Below are positions 38,192 to 47,126 of a stretch of 64,000 bases of DNA, piece by piece. The translations under genes and the position numbers were made by a program. This DNA comes from Candidatus Ozemobacteraceae bacterium (lineage in GTDB: Bacteria; Muiribacteriota; Ozemobacteria; Ozemobacterales; Ozemobacteraceae): positions 11-64,010 of the forward strand of contig DATCTT010000027.1 of the NCBI GenBank assembly GCA_036567845.1. The letters are read 5' to 3'. Below the pieces are notes generated by a model. The model saw nothing but the letters and a program-made list of their open reading frames with translations, was not told where the DNA came from and did not search any database. Numbering within the stretch: the stretch's first letter is position 1; each line of letters opens with the position of its first letter.

Positions 38192-41100
38192 CTAAGCGGG
38201 CGGCTTTGCGCAAAGCGCGGCAAAGGCGCATGTGGAACAGGGTGCCTCGGCGGGGGGCTGCCAGGCGCGTTCGCCGCGGATCCGCGCCACGAGCTCCGTG
38301 GCTGACCGCTCGAAGGCCGGGAGGTCGGGATCGACGGGCTCGATGCGCACCGATGTCTCGGTCAGATAGGCCAGAGCCGCGGATGCGAAGGCGAGGGCGC
38401 CGCTCTTCCCGAACAGGCCCCGGCGGGCCGCAGCGAGATACAGAGCAAGCTGCCGGGCATAGACCGCGTGGGCCGCAGGTGAAAAAGCATGAGATTTATA
38501 ATCAATGATATATACTTCTCCGTCCCGTAGATCGATGCGGTCGGCAAACCCGCGCAGCAGGAACGGGCCATCCTGGTCTGACGTTCCTGTCACCTCGAGC
38601 CGGAGGTTCACCTCGGCCTCGAGATGTGCCGCATCTGTCGCCGCCAGGGGTGAGGCGAGATACGAGGCGAGCAGGGCTGCCGCGCGGTCCCTGCCCGCCG
38701 CCCCTTCCTCACCGTGAAGAGGGACCAGCCGGTCGAGCAGCCCGAACAGCCGGTCGCGTCGGACGTCGTCCGGGAGGGCGGACACGTTTCCCTCGTGGTA
38801 CAGGCGCAGGGTGCGATGAACGAGGTTGCCGACGGCCGGCCCGCGTCCGGACTCGGACGGACCCGCAAGGGGCGCGATATGCCGGCGCTGAAAAAAATAT
38901 CGCCGGGGACACTGCTCATACGCATCGAGATCCCCGAGCGAGTAGATCTCCTCACTCACTCCGCTTCCTGCCACCCGCCTGGGCCGGGACGCCTCCTCCC
39001 GGAGACGGAGAAAACGGCCGGTGAGAGCGGTGATCTGCGGGGTGAGATCGACTCCATCAGCCGGCTGGGACGGGAGAGGGGTGGCGGGGGCGGAGGAAGC
39101 CGTTCCTGCCGCAAGCCATCGCTCCGCGACAGTGGGCCACTCCGCGAGGGCGTCGACGGAGCCGAGGGTTTCATCCGCGCGAAGCATGCCGGCAAGCTCT
39201 CCGATGGGCTGGCCTGGTTTGTCGATATCCGTTTCCGAGCCGCTGATGACAAGAAGATCACGGGCGCGAGTGAGGGCGACATACAGCTTCCGGCGCTCTT
39301 CGGCGGAATTGGCGACCTGCTCCGCGTCGAAAACGGCCCGGATTTCGGCCTCCGGGCTGCCCTCACACTCTTTCCGATGGACCACGAGCCCCTGGTCGCG
39401 GGTCATGAACAGGCCCTGTTCGCGTTTGAACGTGCGCGTGTGGAGGTTCGGCAGAAAGACGACGGGGAACTCGAGCCCTTTCGATTTGTGAATGGTCAGG
39501 ATCTTGACGGCTTCGCCCTCCTCGAGACCGAGACCGGCCTCGTCCTCGTCGACCCCGGACTCGATCGTCCGGTCATGGTAGGCAAGGAAGTCGCGGAGGG
39601 TCGTGAAGACACCGTTGGCTTCGAACGCCCGGACGATACCCACGAATTTCGCGAGGTTGTTCTCGAGGCGGCGCCGGCGCAGATCATCCGTCTGGGCGGC
39701 CGCGTGCTCGAGGAACCCGGCCTGCTCGAGCACGGCATGGACGAGGTCGAGAATCCCCAGCGTGCCGCTCATTCCCTGAAGGCGGACGAACAGCCGGCGG
39801 AACGAGCGGACACGCTCCGGCAGGACGCTCTCGGGAAGGGCCAGCAGGTGGGCGAGGAGGCTGACGTGTTCTTCCCGCCTGTCATGGAACAGCGCCGACA
39901 GCTCCGCATCCGAAAGGCCATACTGGGGCCCGGTCAGGATCGTCGCCAGCGAGAGATCGTCGGTCGGCCGCACGAGAAGCCGGAGAAACGCGACAACGGC
40001 AGCGATCTCATGGCGCGCGTAGAATCCGAGGCCGCCGGCCATCACATACGGGATCCCGCGGACCAGCAGGGCGTCTTCGTAGGCGCGGGGAAGACGGTTG
40101 ACGGAGTGGACGATGATCGCGAAGTCTCCATACGCTGCCGGCCGTTTCCCCTGCCGGGTCTCGATGGCCAGGCCGCCGCGGACAAGAGTCTGGATGAGGT
40201 CGGCGATGGTTTCGGCCTCTTCGGAACTGCCGGGCGCCGCGGCAAGAAGACAGGCAATCGGTCTTGGTCTGGTCGAAGCGCCACGATCGGCTGTCTGAGG
40301 CGGTGGCGGATTTTCAATATTGCGGGAAATATATCTGTCGGCCAGAGTCAGGATTTCCTGAACGGACCGATAGTTCTGGTTCAGCCAGATCGTGCGGGTT
40401 GCGGGAAACGCATGGAAGGTGCGGATGTCGGCACCCTGGAACCGATAGATGCTCTGTTTCTCGTCGCCGACAACGGTGATGTGGCCTTCGCGGCCGTCGA
40501 CGAACGTCCGGATGATGCCGAACTGCTCCTGGTTGTTGTCCTGAAACTCGTCGATCAGGAAAACCCGTTGTGCCGGATCGCTGCCCGCGGCACGCTGGTC
40601 GGCGATCAGGGCCGAGCTGCGGAGGAGGATCTCGTCGAAATCGAGCAGGTGTCGTTCCCCGAGCTTCTGGAGATACCGGCTGTAGAATCGGAAAAACCAG
40701 ATCTGGACCCTCTTTTCGAGGGGAGAGGGCGGTGTACCGCGCCGGGCGAATCGCTCGTCGGTGAAACGCTGGAACCCGCCGGGTGAGAGGAGAAACCGCC
40801 GGACGTGGCCAAGGAGGCCTGGAAACAGGCTTGTGACGTGATGAGCCTGGTCGGGGCCGAACGCCTCGGGGCCCTCGAGCAGTGCATCGGCATGGGCCGC
40901 CCGGAACTCCTCGAGAAGATCGGCGAGAAGCAGGCGGCGGCCGCCTTCGGTCAGAACCGTGTCACCCCGGTCGATGCCGGCGCCGAACGGGTCGCGGCGA
41001 AGCAGATCGCCGAGGAAGGCGTGGAAGGTCGAGACCTGGAGATTGCGAAGCACTGAAGCGGTGAGGCCGCGTGCCGGATGCGCGAGCCGCTCCTTCATCT

Positions 41101-41302
41101 CCGCGGCGGCCTTACGGGTGTAGGTGATCGCGACCAGCTCCATCGGCAGGATTCCCTGGCGGAGCAGGGCCACGATGCGTCGTGTCAGGACCTCGGTCTT
41201 GCCAGAGCCCGCTCCGGCAGCGATTTTCAGAAATCCGGCAGACGGCTCGCGAACGGCATCCTGTTGCTCGGGGTTCAGCCCGGTAAGGAGGTCAGTCAGC
41301 AT
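38192..41302 (-). CDS. UvrD-like helicase plus C-terminal RecB-type PD-(D/E)xK nuclease with a 4-Cys (Fe-S) cluster; second subunit of an AdnAB/AddAB-type helicase-nuclease
   Basis: Walker A AGAGSGKT. Nuclease IIDYKSHAF. Cys ligands YEQCPRRYFF ... CSTCAFAALC. 1036 aa, overlapping the upstream paralog by 11 nt. Confidence 0.85.
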   Translation of the reverse strand: MLTDLLTGLNPEQQDAVREPSAGFLKIAAGAGSGKTEVLTRRIVALLRQGILPMELVAITYTRKAAAEMKERLAHPARGLTASVLRNLQVSTFHAFLGDLLRRDPFGAGIDRGDTVLTEGGRRLLLADLLEEFRAAHADALLEGPEAFGPDQAHHVTSLFPGLLGHVRRFLLSPGGFQRFTDERFARRGTPPSPLEKRVQIWFFRFYSRYLQKLGERHLLDFDEILLRSSALIADQRAAGSDPAQRVFLIDEFQDNNQEQFGIIRTFVDGREGHITVVGDEKQSIYRFQGADIRTFHAFPATRTIWLNQNYRSVQEILTLADRYISRNIENPPPPQTADRGASTRPRPIACLLAAAPGSSEEAETIADLIQTLVRGGLAIETRQGKRPAAYGDFAIIVHSVNRLPRAYEDALLVRGIPYVMAGGLGFYARHEIAAVVAFLRLLVRPTDDLSLATILTGPQYGLSDAELSALFHDRREEHVSLLAHLLALPESVLPERVRSFRRLFVRLQGMSGTLGILDLVHAVLEQAGFLEHAAAQTDDLRRRRLENNLAKFVGIVRAFEANGVFTTLRDFLAYHDRTIESGVDEDEAGLGLEEGEAVKILTIHKSKGLEFPVVFLPNLHTRTFKREQGLFMTRDQGLVVHRKECEGSPEAEIRAVFDAEQVANSAEERRKLYVALTRARDLLVISGSETDIDKPGQPIGELAGMLRADETLGSVDALAEWPTVAERWLAAGTASSAPATPLPSQPADGVDLTPQITALTGRFLRLREEASRPRRVAGSGVSEEIYSLGDLDAYEQCPRRYFFQRRHIAPLAGPSESGRGPAVGNLVHRTLRLYHEGNVSALPDDVRRDRLFGLLDRLVPLHGEEGAAGRDRAAALLASYLASPLAATDAAHLEAEVNLRLEVTGTSDQDGPFLLRGFADRIDLRDGEVYIIDYKSHAFSPAAHAVYARQLALYLAAARRGLFGKSGALAFASAALAYLTETSVRIEPVDPDLPAFERSATELVARIRGERAWQPPAEAPCSTCAFAALCAKPPA

Positions 41303-44300
41303 CGTCGGAAGCCTCCTGCGTGGAATCGGGTGTCGGGAGGCGGAGCTGGTCGAGCCGTTCCTGGCAGAATGGTTGGAATTCGCAGTGCTTTGTCGGTGAA
41401 CGGTTGATGCAGGACATTGCCGAGGCCGCCGGAGAAGGATGGCAGTCGAACACCCGTTCTGAAACGATCCTTTCCATGAGCCGCTCCAGGGTGTCGCTGA
41501 AGGTGGCGAACTGGTCGGGTGTGACCTGGACGGCCCATTCGGGGCCTGCGCCCAGTCCGAGCATCGCCGATTTCAAAAAACCCGGCTGGAAGCCATTGTA
41601 TTTCCTTTTATATAGATCATCCTTCGGATACACGGTGCCGGCACACACCCGTTCATGGCCCAGCTGGCGCGCGGCAAGAAGATAGAAGGGAAGTTGGATT
41701 TCGGATGGCGGGCCGGATTCCGGGAATGCCTCGCGCAGCATCGAGGCGGCCGACTTTGCCGAACCCGTCTTGTAGTCGATGATCCAGATCGTGCTGTCCG
41801 CATCCTCGAGCCACCGGTCGATCCGCCCTTTGCAGGGATATCCGCGGAACTCGAACCGGAACCCCGCCTCGACGCCGATGGTGCCGGTCGCCGGAATCTG
41901 GCCGTTGACGTAGACGGCTTCGCGATACCGGTTCAGAATTTCCCGGGCCTGGCCGTCATACTGCTTCCGCTGGAGCACGGGGAGCTGGCCGAGAAGTGGC
42001 ACACCATGGGACCTCCAGAGGGCTTCCAACTCATCAAATCTTGGCGATCGGCCGCCCGCGAAGGTTCCAGCCGGGTCATGCAGAGCCTGGAGGCACGCGT
42101 GGATCGCGTTTCCGAAGATGAGCGCGGGTTGCCGCTCGATCCGGTCGTCGCGCAGGCGGAGGACGTGACGGTAGAAGAACCGTCGGGGACAGTCGATGAA
42201 ATCGCGAAGCGCCTGGGCAGAAAACCGGAATCCCGCGGGCAGTTCGGCCGGACAGGGGGGGGCAATTCCGAATCGGCGTGGTTTCAGAAGATCCCTGTCT
42301 GCTTCATCCGTGTCGGAGATTGCGTGGACGGCTTCAGACAGGCCCTGCAGGCCGGACTCCAGGCTCAGGCGCTCCTCCGGGGACAACCGGGCCAGGTGGG
42401 TGCGGAGTTCGCCGATCGTCAGGATTCGCTGTTCATGCCAGTCACGGTGGGGGTGAAGACCGAGTTCGTCCAGGAACGGCGCCGGCAGGGCGGGGTCGGT
42501 TCCGATGCGGCGGGGCATCGTGAGGATCAGCCCTTCTTCGGCCCGCGTCAGGGCAACATACAGCAACCGGCGTTCCTCTTCGAGATGGTCGGCGTGATCG
42601 GCGGGGTAGGGGTTGAAGAAGCGGATCTCCCTGTCACTTGCGTCGATCGCTTTCTGCACCGCGGCCAGGCCGGCCGAGCCGATCAGGAGGTTCTCGCGGA
42701 GGCGGACGGGGAACTGGTCCTCGCAGAGTCCCGTCACGAACACCACGGGAAACTCGAGCCCTTTCGACTGGTGGACCGTCATCAGCCGCACCCCCGGCGC
42801 TGCCGGGGCCACGTCGGCTGCCGGCTCATCCTCCTGTTCGAGGGTCGATGCGTAATACGTGAGCCACTCATCGAAGCTCGGCATCAGATCAGCGGCGACG
42901 GGGGGGCGGCCAAACTGTTTTTCCCGGACGTCGCAGAAATCGTCAATCATGTTCCGGAACCGCATGACATGCCGTGCTCCGGGAGACGCCGGGTCGGCGA
43001 CGAGATGCGGAACGGCGAGTAGAAGCCGGGCGAATAGGGTGACGAGCGGAAGGCCGATTCCGTCATGCAGGAGGCGCAGGGTCTCGCGGAACGCGATGAG
43101 CCGGGTGACTGTGTCCGGGGTGGGAGGGACGAAACCGTCGGGAAGCGGTTCGTCAGGCGGGCGGTCGAGCCAGGCGTCGAGTGCGGTCTCGAGAGCCGCC
43201 CCGGGGGGAAGGGCGGCGAGATACTGCTGGACCCAGATGGGGTCGAGGCCAAAAACGGGGGAGGCGAAGGCCCGCCGCAGAGGTTGCTCTCGGGCTTCCT
43301 CCGGACCTGCCGTCGCCTGGAGCAGCGAGGCGAGCGCCGTCACCTCTTCGGACCGAAAAAATTTCATATCACCGGCTATATCAAAAGGGATATGCATTGC
43401 CCGGAGAGCCTCAGACAACAGATCGATCTGGTAATTGTTCCGGACCAGGATCGCGATTTCGCCGGGGGTGAAGCACCGATGGGTCCCGTACGTGAGCAGT
43501 GAGGCGATGCGGCGGGCGATCATGCGCGCCTCGTCGAGCTCGTCACGGGCCTCGAGCAGCTCGACGAAGCCCTGACGGCTGCTGCGCGCCACAAGGCCGC
43601 CCGGGCTTCCGCCGGAAGGGGGACTTTTGGGGGCAAGCTCCTGCGACCAGTGCAGGTTGGAGGCCAGGGCGAGAATGTCGGCGGCGCTGCGGTAGTTGCC
43701 GCCGAGTGAAAACAGACGGGCTTTGAACTCGCGTCGGAAGGCGCTGCGCGAACCCATCATACCTGGATCCGCCCCGCGGAACCGGTAGATGCTCTGCAGT
43801 GGGTCGCCGATCACCGCGATGCGGGGGGGCGGCACCTCGTCCGGGCTTTTCAGCAGCCGGAGAAGGAGATACTGGGCCGGGTCGGTGTCCTGAAACTCGT
43901 CGACGAGGACGACCCGGAACCGGTCGCGATACCGGGCGGCCGTGTCGGGATCGCGGAGAGCCTGGATCGAGAACGAGATCAGATCGCGGAAATCGAGGTA
44001 GCCGGTCCGGACCCGCTCCTCCTCATACCGCCGGTACAGATGCAACAGCTCGTCGAGACGCTGCCTGGCCATGGAGGGCGGTGGATGGGCGGTGATGGCC
44101 TGTTGGAGCTGGTCGGGAGTCACGAGATTCGATTTGAGCAGCGAGATGAACGTGAGCACTTCGAGCTGGAAACCGCGTTTGGTGAGCACCCGGCCGAACA
44201 CCGGGAAGGTTTCCGGAGTCAGTCGTGCACAGATGCCCGCCATCAGCAGGGCTTCCTTGAAGCCCGTGAGCAGTCGGAAATCCGGCCTGATGCCAACCAG

Positions 44301-44603
44301 GTGATACCGCTCGCGAAGCAGGCGGGCACAGAACGAGTGGAACGTTGAGATCCAGCACTCGTCGTAGCTGTGGGGGTGGTATTCCATGACCCGCCCCCGG
44401 AGTTCGCGTGCGGCCTTTTCCGAGAAGGTCAGGGCAAGAATCTCGCGGAGCCTGGTGCCTTCAGAGAGCAGGCGGCCGATCAGCACTGCAATGGTCCGGG
44501 TCTTGCCGGTGCCGGGGCCGGCGACGATCATTGTGGGCCCCTTGAACCCGCGGATGATGGCCTTCTGTTCGTCGTTCAGTCGGTCGAAGTCTTCGGAGAG
44601 CAC
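41292..44603 (-). CDS. UvrD-like helicase plus C-terminal RecB-type nuclease with a 4-Cys cluster; first subunit of an AdnAB/AddAB-type helicase-nuclease
   Basis: Walker A AGPGTGKT, DEFQDTD (motif II). Nuclease IIDYKTGSAKS. Cys ligands FIDCPRRFFY ... CINRSPTKHCEFQPFC. 1103 aa. Confidence 0.85.
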   Translation of the reverse strand: MLSEDFDRLNDEQKAIIRGFKGPTMIVAGPGTGKTRTIAVLIGRLLSEGTRLREILALTFSEKAARELRGRVMEYHPHSYDECWISTFHSFCARLLRERYHLVGIRPDFRLLTGFKEALLMAGICARLTPETFPVFGRVLTKRGFQLEVLTFISLLKSNLVTPDQLQQAITAHPPPSMARQRLDELLHLYRRYEEERVRTGYLDFRDLISFSIQALRDPDTAARYRDRFRVVLVDEFQDTDPAQYLLLRLLKSPDEVPPPRIAVIGDPLQSIYRFRGADPGMMGSRSAFRREFKARLFSLGGNYRSAADILALASNLHWSQELAPKSPPSGGSPGGLVARSSRQGFVELLEARDELDEARMIARRIASLLTYGTHRCFTPGEIAILVRNNYQIDLLSEALRAMHIPFDIAGDMKFFRSEEVTALASLLQATAGPEEAREQPLRRAFASPVFGLDPIWVQQYLAALPPGAALETALDAWLDRPPDEPLPDGFVPPTPDTVTRLIAFRETLRLLHDGIGLPLVTLFARLLLAVPHLVADPASPGARHVMRFRNMIDDFCDVREKQFGRPPVAADLMPSFDEWLTYYASTLEQEDEPAADVAPAAPGVRLMTVHQSKGLEFPVVFVTGLCEDQFPVRLRENLLIGSAGLAAVQKAIDASDREIRFFNPYPADHADHLEEERRLLYVALTRAEEGLILTMPRRIGTDPALPAPFLDELGLHPHRDWHEQRILTIGELRTHLARLSPEERLSLESGLQGLSEAVHAISDTDEADRDLLKPRRFGIAPPCPAELPAGFRFSAQALRDFIDCPRRFFYRHVLRLRDDRIERQPALIFGNAIHACLQALHDPAGTFAGGRSPRFDELEALWRSHGVPLLGQLPVLQRKQYDGQAREILNRYREAVYVNGQIPATGTIGVEAGFRFEFRGYPCKGRIDRWLEDADSTIWIIDYKTGSAKSAASMLREAFPESGPPSEIQLPFYLLAARQLGHERVCAGTVYPKDDLYKRKYNGFQPGFLKSAMLGLGAGPEWAVQVTPDQFATFSDTLERLMERIVSERVFDCHPSPAASAMSCINRSPTKHCEFQPFCQERLDQLRLPTPDSTQEASDDAD

Positions 44604-44616
44604 GGGAAGCGGCCTT

Positions 44617-44940
44617 TCAGGGGGTTCGGGGATAGACGAGATCGAACTGGGGGGAGCCGGTCACCGCCCAGAGAATCACGAAATGGTGGATGACATCTGA
44701 GAGGGCCAGTGCCCCGCCCAGAACTGCGAGGTGCCGCTTCCAGACGGGATCTCTCACGAAGGCCGACACGAGCAGGATCAACAGGCCGATGAGGCCGTGA
44801 TGGATGCGGTAGCCGAAGGTGAGCCGGCCGACGCTCGCAGCCGTGTCCCGGGCCGCCTCGAGACCGAAGCCGAACCGCAGGGCGGCCGTCACGGCCTCGA
44901 TTGCCGCGGCTAGAAGGAAAATCGGTTTCCAGGAGCTCAA
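44617..44940 (-). CDS. Small hydrophobic membrane protein (about 3 TM helices) upstream of the helicase-nuclease pair
   Basis: PIFLLAAAIEAVTAAL, HGLIGLLILLVSAF, LAVLGGALALSDVIHHFVILWAV. It overlaps the VWA gene stop by 4 nt. Confidence 0.4.
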   Translation of the reverse strand: MSSWKPIFLLAAAIEAVTAALRFGFGLEAARDTAASVGRLTFGYRIHHGLIGLLILLVSAFVRDPVWKRHLAVLGGALALSDVIHHFVILWAVTGSPQFDLVYPRTP

Positions 44941-46562
44941 TTGTCGCTGTCCGTGTCGGGAAGATCGGGCGTTCCGGGAAGATCCGTTCCGGCGTCCGCC
45001 GACCCTTCCCCGGATGTTGGCACTTGATACTCATGACTCAGGCTTTTTTCCAGCCCTTCGAGCATCTGATTCGTCCCGGCGGCATTCTCGTCGGCAGCCT
45101 GCTGCTGATCCTCCTGCATCCGGCGTTTCGAGGCGTTCAGCTCGTCGATGTTCCGGTTCACGCCGTCGATGTGGGCGTCATGGCGCTGCTGGTTCTGATC
45201 GTGCAGCTCGCGCATCTCGCGATTGAGCTGATCGGTTCGGGCGTTCTGGTCGCGTTTGAAATCCTGCCGCCATTGCTGATGAGCGTCATGAGAGGCTTTC
45301 AGGGTGGCGTTTAATTCCGCGATATGGGCTTTTTCCTGTTCCGATGCTCCGGGACGGGGCTGGATGGGTTTGTATTCCTGCCACACGGGCATCGCCTCCG
45401 TCGCGATATCGGTCCAGGTGGCAAGCTGATTCCGGTCCACATGGGCGATATCCGGCGATGTGCCCGTGTCGGGGGCCTCGACGCGGCCGAGCCGGACGTC
45501 GTGGCGGATGGTCCTGGTTCCCAGGCCCGTGGCTGCGGATGCGGCATCCCCTTCCCGGATGGCGATGCCAGGGATGCCCCGCCCCGGCTTGTCCGATGCG
45601 CCGGGCTGGCGTTCGACCCGGACCGGATCGAGGGGGGCGACGTAGGCGCCCGTGCCCTGGTCTTTGCGGCCTTGGTGCTCGCTGACCACCGTCAGCTCGC
45701 GGCGCGAGCCGTCCCGCTCGGGGGCGGGTGTTGTATAGCTTAGTTTATATCTTCGCTCGAGCATCATTCGGGAGCTGATCTTCTGGAAAATGCCGGCCAG
45801 CTGTTCGGCCGACGGGGCCCGCAGCAAAGCTCCTTTGGTCGTGCGGGCGAGCTGCTCGAGGAAACTTTCGTCAATGCTTGTACCGAGGGCCACGCAGATG
45901 ACGCGGATGCCGTTCTTGCTGGCGTGGGCGATCACCTCATCGGCTTTCTTCGTCGAAAAGCCGGGTTTGCCCTGCGGACTTTCGTCGCGACCATCCGTGA
46001 GCAGCACGATGGTCTTGCGGTCATCGGTGCCGGCAGCCGAGCGCAGCTGCTCGCAGGCCTGATACAGGGCGTCGAATAGGGCCGTGCCTCCCCATGGGCG
46101 CATTTTCGCGATGCCGCCGAGCAGGGGTTCCTGTTCGCGCGTGAACTCAGTCACGAGATCGACGTCGCTTGCGAAGGTGATCAGGGAAATGCGCGCCGGC
46201 ATGTTCATCCCTTTCACGAACATCGCCGCCGACTCCTTCACCGTCGTGACCACAGGTTCCATGCTCGAGGAGCGGTCGAGAAGAAGGGCAATGAACGGCT
46301 CCCGGCGGACGAGATCGATGGTGAAACTCGTGATCGGCGTTTCGCGTTCGTGCAGGGTGAAGGCATCATGGAGGAGTTCTGTGGCATCCGGGGTGAACAC
46401 CCGCATCATCACCCGGATCTTCGGGTAATCGATGGGTGACACGGTTTCGATCACCGAGGAAAATCCTGGATCGGCCGCGTGGGCCGGCGATCGGCCCGTC
46501 AGGGCGAACGTGAGCAGGAGCAGGACCACCAGCCATACATGGCCGGGACGACGGGTGCGCAT
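44937..46562 (-). CDS. Secreted von Willebrand factor A (VWA) domain protein with a C-terminal coiled-coil/Gln-rich tail
   Basis: Signal peptide ...LTFALTGRSPAHA. MIDAS motif LLLDRSSSM, VLLTDGRD. C-terminal QQWRQDFKRDQNARTDQLNREMRELHDQNQQRHD. Confidence 0.75.
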   Translation of the reverse strand: MRTRRPGHVWLVVLLLLTFALTGRSPAHAADPGFSSVIETVSPIDYPKIRVMMRVFTPDATELLHDAFTLHERETPITSFTIDLVRREPFIALLLDRSSSMEPVVTTVKESAAMFVKGMNMPARISLITFASDVDLVTEFTREQEPLLGGIAKMRPWGGTALFDALYQACEQLRSAAGTDDRKTIVLLTDGRDESPQGKPGFSTKKADEVIAHASKNGIRVICVALGTSIDESFLEQLARTTKGALLRAPSAEQLAGIFQKISSRMMLERRYKLSYTTPAPERDGSRRELTVVSEHQGRKDQGTGAYVAPLDPVRVERQPGASDKPGRGIPGIAIREGDAASAATGLGTRTIRHDVRLGRVEAPDTGTSPDIAHVDRNQLATWTDIATEAMPVWQEYKPIQPRPGASEQEKAHIAELNATLKASHDAHQQWRQDFKRDQNARTDQLNREMRELHDQNQQRHDAHIDGVNRNIDELNASKRRMQEDQQQAADENAAGTNQMLEGLEKSLSHEYQVPTSGEGSADAGTDLPGTPDLPDTDSDN

Positions 46563-46696
46563 ACGGGTTCCCTCCCTCTTGACCGGGATATTCTATCACA
46601 AGGGCAGCGGTGCTTGACTTGAAGCCGTCCGGTCGGGCACACTTTGCACAAGCACGGGCTATGCCCGTCGGGATACTGCCGCATCAGGAGGCGAAC

Positions 46697-47101
46697 ATGA
46701 AATTCATCGGGGCCGACACGCACAAGTGCGTGGGAGCGAAGAGCTGCGAGAAGACCTGCGCCAGGACGTTTTTCAAGACCGAGGATGTGGCGTATTCGGC
46801 GATCCGTGTCACGCGCACGAAAGACGGGTGGGACATCAACGTCTGCAACCAGTGCGGCAAATGCATCGAGATCTGCCCGGAGAAGGCCATTTCGCGGAAC
46901 AGGGCCGGCACCGTCGTGATCGACAAGTCCCTGTGCGTCGGCTGCTTCATGTGCGTCGGCTTTTGCCCGACGCTGTCGATGCGCGTGGCGCCCGGCGGTC
47001 GTGAGCCGTTCAAGTGCGTTTCCTGCGGCGCCTGTGCCAAGGCTTGCCGAAGCTGTGCCCTGACCCTGAGTGAGCGCGATCACGCGCAGCTGCCGTCTTG
47101 A
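46697..47101 (+). CDS. 4Fe-4S ferredoxin-type protein (probable electron-transfer partner of AOR)
   Basis: RBS CAGGAGG. CNQCGKCIEICP and CVGCFMCVGFCP (two CxxCxxCxxxCP motifs), plus extra Cys pairs. 134 aa. Confidence 0.75.
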   Translation: MKFIGADTHKCVGAKSCEKTCARTFFKTEDVAYSAIRVTRTKDGWDINVCNQCGKCIEICPEKAISRNRAGTVVIDKSLCVGCFMCVGFCPTLSMRVAPGGREPFKCVSCGACAKACRSCALTLSERDHAQLPS

Positions 47102-47126
47102 CGGATCGAGGAGAGGAGTGAATAAT

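Noticed and set aside
38714-40786. 690-aa plus ORF opposite the helicase-nuclease gene
   Set aside because: Antisense to a gene with Walker A and nuclease motifs. Arg/Gly-rich.
41655-43022. 455-aa plus ORF opposite the second helicase-nuclease gene
   Set aside because: Same reasoning: a shadow ORF in a high-GC gene.
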